The position numbers and the translations under genes are program-made. From positions 102,300,001 to 102,364,000 of the forward strand of contig OZ024741.1 of assembly GCA_964016885.1 (NCBI GenBank): a DNA stretch of 64,000 nucleotides, read 5' to 3'. Shown piece by piece: positions 11,541 through 22,462 of the stretch. The stretch is from Eledone cirrhosa. Its lineage: Eukaryota. The notes under the pieces were generated by a model that had not been told where the DNA came from, made no database searches, and saw nothing but the letters and a program-made list of their open reading frames with translations. How positions within the stretch are numbered: the first letter of the stretch is position 1; the number at the start of each line of letters is the position of its first letter.

Positions 11541-14500
11541 ATGAGAGATTAAGTTGGAAATGGAGGGTGGAGTATGCCAGGCAAAGGAGCCAGTGGGAAA
11601 TGAAGGTGAAGAGGTTGAGAGACCTGAGGAAGTATCCGAAGCAGACAATGATCTGAATACTGAAATAAATAACATCTGGAACAAAGATGCAGCTATTGAG
11701 TAAATGAATGCTGACGGGCTAGGACAAGATTTGGTTGATATCCTGATCTTAGTGGTAGATGAAATGAACAATGATAGAGGAAAACCTATGAACCTAACTC
11801 CTAAAATACCGTTCGCTCTCCGACAGGTTTGGGGTCGTACCCCTGGCAGTGGAGACTTCTGGTGTCCTCGGCGCCAGGGCTACCTCCTTACTCACCTCCA
11901 TAGGCGCTGAGCTGGCCAGCCGCAAGTGTGAGCCCCGCGAGTCGGAGTGGCTTTTCCAGCGTGTCTCCCTTGCTGTCCTGCGGGGAAACGCCTTTCCATT
12001 CTGTCCGCTTGGGCTGTGGGTGGGCCCCAACGCGTACCGTTGTAGTTGTTGTATAAAGAAACAACAGCTAAGGTAAACAAAGTCATCCCATACCTTGAGG
12101 CGAGGAACCTTCACCAATGCAACACTATCCTCAAAGCAACCGCAAATGCGGTGAGGAAATTCCTTGGCATAGAAACGAAAGGAAACAACAAACAAGAAAG
12201 ATCAAAACCTTGGTGGAAGAAACGACTGAATAGTCAAATCAAGGAAATGAGAAAAGACATTGGGAAGCTTGAGTCCTTACTGAATGGGACATTACAAAAC
12301 ATAGACACTAAAGATAGATTGGAAATAAAATACTAAACTAGGAGGAAAAAGCTAAATATTATCATTGAGTAACTGAAGCAACGCATTGTAGCAAAAAGTG
12401 CAAAGATTAGGCGGCATGAGAATAGAATCAGTCAGTATAGACAGAACCGCATGTTTGACAACAACCAGAAGATGTTGTTTGGACAGCTTGAGGGGAAAGA
12501 AAGAGGCGGAACAGACTAAGTCATTCTGGAGAGGAATATGGGAGCAGGATGTTGAAGATAATAGTGAGGCAGTGTGGATTGAGACAGTACAAAAGGAGAT
12601 TAGTGAACAAGCACACCAACAAACTGATTTGAGTATCACAGTTGAAACTCTTAAAGAGTAGGCCAAAAAACTAACCAACTGGAAATCACCAGGCCCAGAT
12701 GGTGTGCAAGGGTATTGGATTAAAAATATAACATCCCTCCACCCGGAACTGACAACCATGTTCAATGACTGCTTTATGTCGGGTGAAGTACCAGACTGGT
12801 TGACAAAAGGTATCAGAGTTCTGGTAATGAAAGACCCAATCACGGGTAATGGTGTTACCAACTATAGGCCTATCACATGTCTGTCCGTAATGTGGAAACT
12901 GTTAACAAGCATTGTGTCTGACGAAATCTACCATCACCTCCACATAAACAACTTGTTACCGGACGAACAAAGAGGATGCCGAAAGAAGTCCCGTGGTACA
13001 AAAGACCAGTTACTTATTGATAAGATGGTAATGAGGAATTGCAAGAGGAGGCACACTGGTCTTGCCATGGGATGGATAGCTTACAAAAAGGCATTTGACA
13101 TGGTACCTCATTCTTGGATCACCAAAAGCCTAGAGATCTTCAAGGTGGCAGATAACATCAGACAGTTGCTGAGCAAAAGTATGAAGTCCTGGGAAACAGA
13201 ATTAACATCAGGTGGAGAATCCTTGGGAGGCGTGAAGATCAAGAGAGGTATCTTCAAGGGAGATAGTTTGTCCTCTCTGCCGTTTGTCCTTGCCCTGATA
13301 CCTCTGACCGTTATATTGCGAAAAGTGAGAGCAGGATACACATTGGGAAAAGGAGAGCTTACCATCAACCACCTCCTCTACATGGACGATCTTAAACTCT
13401 TTGGGAAGAGTGAGAAGGAGATGGATGTACTTGTTGACATTGTCCGTATTTACAGGAATGATATATGTATGGAATTTGTTATTAATAAGTGTGGAGTCCT
13501 AATGATGAAGAGGGGTAAATTGAGCAGAAGCAACGGAATCCAGGTACCAACAGGTGAGATGATAAAGGAAATTGACACTGAAGAGGGATACAAATATTTA
13601 GGTGTTCTGGAGGCAGATGAGATCAAGAAAAAAAATGAAGGAATTGATAAGATCTGAGTACATAAGGAGAATAAGGAGCGTATTAAAATCACATCTAAAT
13701 AGTAGGAATATTATAAGTGCAGTGAATTCCCGAGCTGTGTCTATTATTAGGTACAGTGCGGGAATTCTGAAATGGAATTTTGCTGAACAAAAAGAAATGG
13801 ATAGGAAGACTAGGAAGCTATTGACTATCTACAACATGTTCCACAAGGGGAGTGATGTCCATAGACTCTACTTAAAGAGATCTGAAGGTGGAAGAGGTCT
13901 TATCAGCATAGAGTATTGTGTTCAGATGAAGAAAAACAACCTGCACAAATACATGACTGACAGTAGGGAGCCAATGCTCAAAATTGTACTGAAGGAGAAG
14001 ACAATAGAACAGGGGATATCCAAGGAGGAAATAACAACAAGGAGGAAGAGCAACCTTCATGAAAAATCCCTTCATAGTACCTTCTTTAGGAAAACTGAAT
14101 TTAGAAATCCACAGACATGGAACTGGTTAAAAAGAGGATACCTTAAAAAAAGTACAGAATGAATGCTAATGGCTGCGCGAGAGCAAGCCCTCAGAACGAA
14201 GTGGGTGAAACACCATATTGATAAGGAGGAGGCTAGCCCACTGTGTAGGATCTGTGGAGAGAGAGAGAGAGGACTGTGGCTCACATTGTATCCGAGTGTA
14301 AACACCTAGCCCAGACTCACTATACAGGCTGGAGACATGATGTGATAGGCTGGGTGATCCACTGGAATCTATGTAAAGTAAACAATTTATCACATTCTGA
14401 GAAGTGGTATGAGCATAAGCCAGAGTCGGTGATAGAAAACGATCAGGTGAAGGTGCTATGGGATTTTAGGATACAGACGGACAAGAAATTAGAACATAAT

Positions 14501-14900
14501 AGGCCTGACCTGGTGGTTTTGGACAAGGAAAAAAATTGTGCCTGATTGTGGACGTAGCCTGCACATTTGACACGAGAGTGCAAGAAAAGGAGAGGGAGAA
14601 AATTAACCGATACCAGGATTTAAAGTGGGAGTTAAAAAGGATTTGGAACTGCCATGAAATCAAGGTCGTCCCGATTGTCATAGGCGCACTAGGTACTATC
14701 TCAAATAGTTTCCAAGGATGGTTAAAGAAGATTAGTACAGCCCCGCTTTTTGGAACACTTCAAAAGGCATGCTTGCTGGGAACAGCAAGAACCCTCCGAT
14801 ACGTCCTGAATGTCTGAGGCTGCAGGGAGCGGCTTGATATTCATTTCAACAAACTTTCCAGTTAAATAACATTAATGACTGAGACTCAAAAACAATAATA
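11541..14900 (+). mobile_element. R4/Dong-type non-LTR retrotransposon, longer decayed copy (RT + CCHC + restriction-like endonuclease)
   Basis: RGIFKGDSLS, LLYMDDLKLF, YKYLG, GGRGL, CRICGE...HIVSEC...RHD, WDFRIQTD...NRPDLVV, KINRYQDL. Multiple stops and frameshifts. Flanked by TAA-rich sequence. Confidence 0.9.
11797..12053 (+). mobile_element. 3' fragment of a CRE-like non-LTR element nested in the Dong copy
   Basis: GC-rich island translating KYRSLSDRFGVVPLAVETSGVLGARA...WLFQRVSLAVLRGNA, matching the CRE-type endonuclease C-terminus (VET.G..G / QR.S.A..RGNA). Confidence 0.7.
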
Positions 14901-15029
14901 AAATGTATGTTAAAATATGTGCTAAGAAGAAAAGACACATGCGTTGAATAGATATTTCAACACATACATATGATCAATCACATAAATACACAAACAGAAG
15001 TACAAGTGTTTCTATATATATATACACAA

Positions 15030-15185
<156 letters not shown>

Positions 15186-15496
15186 ATAGACACGTATATA
15201 AGCATATCTCATACATGCATATGTAAGTATAATACATAAGTGCACGCCCATCCAACCGCAAGACACAAAACATACAGGAAAAAACATATTCATATACATA
15301 TATAGATATTTGTAAATACATATACAACATGTGCATTCAAACATGTGTATACAAAATTGTATTTACTGATAAATGTTTTGAAAATGAGTGAAAAACGCCC
15401 CACCCTCTAAAAGTACATACGTATACGACTGAGAATACGTAGAGTAGGCACATGTGGGGTAGGAGGGTCTATATATGCAGAGAAACACACACAAAC

Positions 15497-15555
<59 letters not shown>

Positions 15556-16314
15556 GTTATTTAAAGCAAAATTCTTTATCAATTTATTACAGAAAAAAAT
15601 GAGAATTTCTAAATATATAAAATATATAAAAAGAATGACTATAGACTAAAGAAAAATGGAAATTATGGAAAGGAATAGAAAAATCGTTTTTACGAAGGGG
15701 AAAAACCTAAAATAAATTATCGAATTCTAGCACAAAAAAAAAAACACCATTGAAAAAGAAGCAGGGAGCATGTAAACAAACAAATTCTTGGCTGCTATCG
15801 TAAATAACACAAACTTGTATTTAGGTGATTCTGCAAAGCACAGGTACGCCTATTTGGGACTTTGCTTTCAAACCAGGTGGTTTTGCGTTCAATCCCTTGC
15901 ATGGCATTTTTGGATCAAGTATCTTTTACTTCAACATTGGTCAACACCAGCCTAAAACAGAAGAAATCTTGCACAAGGTGCTACACAATGCGATTGAACT
16001 CCTCGAAGTGAACTCCTTAACTACACAGTCATGCCTGCGCCCCCTCTCTCTCCCCACACATACATATACACAGACATTCATACATACATACAAACATACA
16101 TACATATACATATATATATATAATTATATATATATATATATAACGAAGGAAGTGTGGTAAGGAACCAGATGGACCATAACGCACCAGAGTAATCAATACT
16201 TAGGGTAGTAGAGTGGGTAATAGGAAAATATTTAACAGTTCAGAAATAGCCGTCGAGTCGGCTTGAGCTCTGCCGTCGGGGATAAACATTTTCCTATATA
16301 TATATATATATATA

Positions 16315-17033
16315 TAAATTTAGCGAGAATCGCATTTCGGCGGGTAGAAATTAGCGAAACGCAACTTCCGTATTGTGCAGACAAGCGCTCCATGGATATG
16401 AAGAAGATACCAGAGCTATAAACATAAGTTAAAATGGTCATACACGCTGAGACGATGGTTAAGAAGCCATTAACCACCAGAGCCAAAAAAGCGAACAAGC
16501 TAAACGGGTCAAACAAAATAAGTTATGATTGAAATAGTTACCCGGACGCTCGGGGAAGATGGAATACTCCGAATCTGGGTTTCTGCAACACCTAAATCAA
16601 TAATACCGTCTGCTTATAAAGAATAAGCTTTTGGTATAATGATCGAACAATGCATCGCTTTCTCAACAGGCATTTTGTTCTTCGTGGTCCAGAATCTCAC
16701 AGGTTATGAAAGCACATGTGAGGTTCCAAGGGGAGAAAACCCCTATTTTGGCCAGTGAATTCAGTATGTGTAGTTATTGCAAACATTTGCAAAAATAGCA
16801 CAAAACGAATAAAGCTCTCTACCGAGTTGTTTTTAGAATAAACTTAAGCGATTAATCAGTCAATAGAATTAAGTAAAGAGCCAACAAATTTAACTGGTGA
16901 ATCGCTTGACTTGGGAGATTAATACAAATATAAATTTAGCGAGAATCGCATTTCGGCGGGTAGAAATTAGCGAAACGCAACTTCCGTATTGTGTAGACAA
17001 GCGCTCCATGGATATGAAGATACCAGAGCTATA

Positions 17034-17039
<6 letters not shown>
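16315..17039 (+). mobile_element. Non-coding element with ~110-bp terminal direct repeats (616-nt period) inside (TA)n
   Basis: taaatttagcgagaatcgcatttcgg...gagctataaacata at both 16315 and 16931. Diverged relative at 63483-63680. Confidence 0.6.
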
Positions 17040-17100
<61 letters not shown>

Positions 17101-17104
<4 letters not shown>

Positions 17105-17430
17105 TTTAGAAATGTAAGGGAAACACAAACATAAGACAACTCCCTTTTTCAGTTCTCTGCTGTAGGTCTCTGATGTTTCGACGCATTAAAGACAATACAT
17201 CTATCCACAGTGCGTTAATAACTTCAGGTAGTTATTAGGAATGGAAAATAAATAAAGAGACTATAGCAAAGAGAAAGAAAATAGACAGAAGAAAAAACAG
17301 AAACCATACCGATAGAAAGAGAGAAACACGTGACATGTATGTAGCAGTAACCAAGGGGAGAGAGGAAGACGTTAAAAAGGCGGCCGGATGTAAGCCCTGA
17401 AACATTATTAGCAGCATGAGAGAGAGAGAG

Positions 17431-17517
<87 letters not shown>

Positions 17518-18160
17518 AAACACGTATGATCTTAGCGAGAACAGGCGTAGAGGGAGAGACGAAGAAAAACGTAAGTAGTAAGGGAGCAGAGAAAGATGAG
17601 GAGGGGATAGATGGTTGGAGAGAAAGGGGATAAGTGAGTGGGAGAGAGTGAGAGAAAGAAAGAGGAAGAAAGGAGAAAGAAAGGAGGAAGAAAGAGGAAG
17701 AAAGGAGGAAAGAAAAGAGTTAATCCAAATGATAGGACTTAAGCCCAAGACCGGGATAACAACAAGCCAGGGAGAGAGAATAGAATGAAGGTCAAATCAT
17801 TAAATTAATAAGAATTAAAAGGGACAAGGTGCTGTGTGGTTACTAATAAAAAAGAGTGTTTAGAAATGTAAGGGAAACACAAACATAAGACAATTCCCCT
17901 CTTCAGTTCTTTATGTGGGTCTCTGATGTTTCGACGCATTAAAGACAATACATCTTCGCTATTGTCTCATTATTTTGTCTTTTCCTTCCCTAATAACTAC
18001 CTGAAGTTATTAACGCACTGTGGATAGATGTATGCGTCGAAACATCAGAGACCCAAAGCAAATAACCGAAAAGGAGAATTGTCTTATGTCTGTGCTTCCC
18101 TTACATTTCTAAACACTCTTTATTAGTAAACACACAGCACCTTGTCCCTTTTAATTCTGA
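17101..18160. mobile_element. PLE-like non-autonomous element with tandem (754-nt period) and inverted terminal segments and a degenerate HHR-like motif
   Basis: agtgtttagaaatgtaaggg... at 17101 and 17855, with its reverse complement at ~17990-18157. CTGAAGT...ACGCA/TGCGT-CGAAAC-ATC at 18001-18046. Internal (GA)n. Confidence 0.6.
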
Positions 18161-18206
18161 TATATATATATATTTCGTTTCTGGCAACATGACTCTCCCA
18201 AAGTAT

Positions 18207-18358
<152 letters not shown>

Positions 18359-18523
18359 GTAATAATAAATGAGAAGACTAAAATCAGAAGAGGGCTCGAT
18401 GAGGATTATAAAAAATATATTTAAACCCGTACAGCAAATATTCATTATAAGAACAGATTAAAGTTTAAGCAAAGAATCGCTGTTTTCACCCTTAACGATT
18501 CTTTGCTTAAACTTTAATCGCGT

Positions 18524-18648
<125 letters not shown>

Positions 18649-18780
18649 GTAGGTCCCGGGTTGAGTCGGGGATAACCACAGTAAGTAAGGTACTCAATAC
18701 ATGGCAGAGTAAACAATTTTTTATTTTATAGAAGGAGCTTCTACAGGACTAGTACTGTTTCATTATATATATATATATAT

Positions 18781-19697
18781 ATATTGAAAGGATAACAAGG
18801 ACGATTGATTACTCCTTCATTGCATTTATTGATAGGTGACGCGCGTTTCGCCACTGATCAGCTCAAGGTTCGATCTGTATCAATCCTACTCGACTCAATA
18901 ATCGGCGGCTCGACGGACCCTCTTAAAATGCTATAAGAAAATGAAATACATGCTATGTGGTAAAGTCAGAGTTTCAAGAGTTTGACAAAATGAATTGTTT
19001 TGATTGGTGGGAAGGATCAAGGGGATGTACTGGCTTGTAGTGTATATGAGGGTGGATGTGATGGTGATTTGTTGGTGACGGTCGGTGGATGAGATGGGCT
19101 GTGATGTGGTGGTGGTGGGTTGGCCTTGGCCTGTAGAGTATGTGGGGGTGGATGTGATGATATGATGGTGATTGTGGTCGCTTACTGGGATGGGCTGTGG
19201 TATGAGGTTAGTGGATTGTCGGTAGACGGGTTGGCGTGTGTGGGTGGGGTTGTGGCGTTGTTGTTTATGGTAGTGGCGTTTGTGGTGGTGTGGTAGATGT
19301 GATGGCGGTGTCAAGTCCTTACGGAGATACATAGCTAGACGCTCTTCGTCTGACAAATACGTTGTATATATGTATATACGTTGTATATATTTTGTCAAAC
19401 TCTTGAAATTCTGACTTTACCACATAGCATGTATTTCATTTTCTTATAGCATTTTAAGAGGGTCCGTCGAGCCGCCGATTATTGAGTCGGGTAGGATTGA
19501 TACAGATCGAACCTTGAGCTGATCAGTGGCGAAACGCGCGTCACCTATCAATAAATGCAATGAAGGAGTAATCAATCGTCCTTGTTATCCTTTCAATATA
19601 TTACACTCTGTATAGCTCTACACCTCATCACAGAAGTGAACCTAAACATCGAGTGCTCTCCCGGGTGAACCTGCAGTAACTCCCAGTTACACCCCCT

Positions 19698-19700
<3 letters not shown>
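18781..19700. mobile_element. PLE-like element with ~210-bp inverted arms
   Basis: 18781-18991 is the near-perfect reverse complement of 19389-19600. The arm carries GAAAC-GCGC-GTC followed by AATAAA. Flanked by (TA)n. Confidence 0.7.
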
Positions 19701-19741
<41 letters not shown>

Positions 19742-19887
19742 AATAGGTAAGTCAAACATGTTATATTAAATTTAACGCTTGACTTACCTAGTTTACATTA
19801 CTCCGGAGTAAACAAACCAACCTGCGTATACCGTCGAGTGCTCCAACCTGACTTCTAGGGTGCCGGTAAACAACTAACACATAGTCA

Positions 19888-19947
<60 letters not shown>

Positions 19948-20246
19948 CGGCTTAGGCCTGACTAACAGGTTTAGAAGTATCTTTTGATTTACTGACTATA
20001 TTGTAATTCAGTGAAATTGTTTTTTTTTAATCAACATGGAGAAATTATTGTGCTTCTATTTTCATTCAAAATTGACTGTGGCCTCTCAAGAGTTACCTCC
20101 CTCGATCTTACTCTACAATTAACAACTCCCCCTTTTTCTAAACTTTTTCTAAATTACCTGCGCCTGCGTAAACTCTTATTTTATATTCCTAAAAGAAAAG
20201 CGCAATCAACCCTAGGCGGCCATCGTTGTTTTTATTTTTTCTCATG

Positions 20247-20296
20247 ATAGGCTGAATGAGTTGTGACTCAGAACCAAGTGAAACTTGAGTACTTGT
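20247..20296 (+). ncRNA. Hammerhead-like motif with a one-nucleotide core insertion
   Basis: ATAGG-CTGAATGA-GTTGTGACTCAGAACCAAGT-GAAAC-TTGA-GTA-CTTGT; helix I ATAGG/CTTGT. Confidence 0.45.
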
Positions 20297-20310
20297 TTAT
20301 GTCAATGTTG

Positions 20311-20341
<31 letters not shown>

Positions 20342-20347
<6 letters not shown>

Positions 20348-20967
20348 ATGTAAATATAATGTATTTTGCAATACACTTTATGCTTAATTAAAAGCATTTT
20401 GAAGACCGTAAGCTATTGTTTTAAAGTAGTGACAAATTCACTCACTTCGATCTCAGCAAACAGGAGGAGATAAGCCGACATGACATGTTTCGCTTTTGTT
20501 GAAGCTTATCAAGGCCAACTACCCCGCCCGTCTGCTGAGATTAATGATGTTATATTCTTATAGAAATCTTATAGAAATCTTAAGCATAAAGTGTATTGCA
20601 AAATACATTATATTTACATCCATATATATATTGCTATTTCAGAGCTACAATTCTAATTTTTAATTTCTGCCTGACCAACAACCGCTCTGCATAATCAGCT
20701 CCTGATTATTTACTAGATTTCTATAAGAATATAACATCATTAATCTCAGCAGACGGGCGGGGTAGTTGGCCTTGATAAGCTTCAACAAAAGCGAAACATG
20801 TCATGTCGGCTTATCTCCTCCTGTTTGCTGAGATCGAAGTGAGTGAATTTGTCACTACTTTAAAACAATAGCTTACGGTCTTCAAAATGCTTTTAATTAA
20901 GCATAAAGTGTATTGCAAAATACATTATATTTACATCCATATATATATTGCTATTTCAGAGCTACAA

Positions 20968-20972
<5 letters not shown>
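20342..20972. mobile_element. Retrozyme/PLE-like element: 317-nt monomer with terminal redundancy plus an inverted partial copy
   Basis: 20581-20655 is repeated at 20898-20972; 20342-20568 is the reverse complement of ~20715-20942. (TA)n on both sides. Confidence 0.75.
20768..20811 (+). ncRNA. Type-I hammerhead ribozyme, U3-A8 core variant (mirror copy at 20473-20516 on the minus strand)
   Basis: GGCC-TTGATAA-GCTT caacaa AAGC-GAAA-CATGTCAT-GTC-GGCT. Helices I, II and III all pair. Confidence 0.75.
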
Positions 20973-21019
<47 letters not shown>

Positions 21020-21022
<3 letters not shown>

Positions 21023-21261
21023 CGAACGAAGAACCAGATGGACCATAACGCATCAGAGTATTCAATATTTATGGTAGTAGAGTGGGTAATAGGAAAATGT
21101 TTGACTCCGATGGCAGAGATCAAGCCGTTTCGACGGCTATTCTGGACTAAATTAGAATTTTTAGCGTGGTAACTAAAATCCACGCTAAAAATTCTAATTT
21201 TGTCCAGAAATAGCCGTCAAAACAGCTTGAGCTCTGCCGTCGGGGTCAAACATTTTCCTAT
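21020..21261. repeat. (TA)n-embedded repeat with a ~170-bp hairpin (21089-21261); shorter relatives at 16141-16295 and 59737-59812
   Basis: ataggaaaatgtttgactccgatggcagag...gcgtgg / ccacgc...ctctgccgtcggggtcaaacattttcctat. Confidence 0.7.
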
Positions 21262-21592
21262 ATATATATATATGAGATAAAATACAGGTATCCACTTGTT
21301 TTAGGCAATTCCACGCTTTTGTAATTTAGGGAAACGGCAGCTTACGTGTTCAGTTGCGTAGTTAAATGAACTGATTATTGTAGATATCTAGTTGATAAGA
21401 ATTGTGTTACCAAGTAAGAATCACCGTTCCAATATGTGTAATCCACAAAGTAATGTGATATATATTGATAATACGATAAACAGTATTGTTGATGTTCAAT
21501 GATACATTTATTAATATTTGAAACCATCTTACACGCGTTTCAATATATTACGTAACTGATGGTCATCGAAATATGTATTATTATATAATTTA

Positions 21593-22462
21593 CTAGCAGT
21601 AAAGCCCGGCGTTGCTCGGGGTCGCTCAGTAGCTGTGTTAAAGTTACAATGTTAAGTTTCTTTCTTGGCTTAAAAACTGTAGTGTCTACTCTGCAGACTT
21701 GCATGTGGTGTTTTTGATTAATATTCCCTCAACCAACAATATGCCTTATGAAGTTAAGAAAACATAACGATAACCCGAATGTTATAACAAAAGAGGATGC
21801 TGGGGATAGAAACTGCACTGGTTATTTATTAACAAAGATCGAAAATGTAAACACTGCAACGCAGAGAAAAACATTAGCGTAACCAAATTATCAGTTATGT
21901 CTGTCTGCACGCCTATATCACCTCTCTGCACGACTGTCTGTCTGCACGCCTATATCACCTCTCTGCACGACTATCTGTCTGCACGCGTATATCACCTCTC
22001 TGCACGACTGTCTGTCTGCACGACTGTCTGTCTGCACGCCTAACGACGAAATATTTGCTTGTTTTACGTAGTCTTTAAATAAACTTGTTTTCAAGTAAAA
22101 ATATTGTTTTAAAATGCTTTTAAATGGAAATGAAGCAAAACGGAAGCTTAGTGTTCGAACTGATGAATTTTGCAGGTCAATATTTTGCTGGCTCGACAAC
22201 TGTTAAAGCCAGCGTAATTTTTTACGTAAGACGCTCAATGTAAACAGAACAAAGGGAAATAACTGATAACTTACGCTCAAAAATCGATACATTATATTCG
22301 ATTTCGTCACATAGGGTGGGTCAATTTGAAATTTTTTTTTCCGATGTCTTCGCTAGGGCTCAATGTACAAGTATAGCAATTTCGGTGCAATTCCGTGAGA
22401 GATTCTAAGTGTGTGCCAAAAATGGATAGACAGACAGACAACCACAGTTTTATATATATAGA
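21593..22462 (-). mobile_element. Non-autonomous Helitron
   Basis: Minus strand starts TCTATATATATAAAA and ends with the hairpin CCCGAGCAACGCCGGG then CTAG. Inserted between A and T, no TSD. Internal 37-bp tandem repeats at 21899-22040. Confidence 0.85.

Noticed and set aside
21899-22040. Regular 37-bp repeats, superficially CRISPR-like
   Set aside because: No unique spacers and no cas genes; an internal Helitron minisatellite in eukaryotic DNA.
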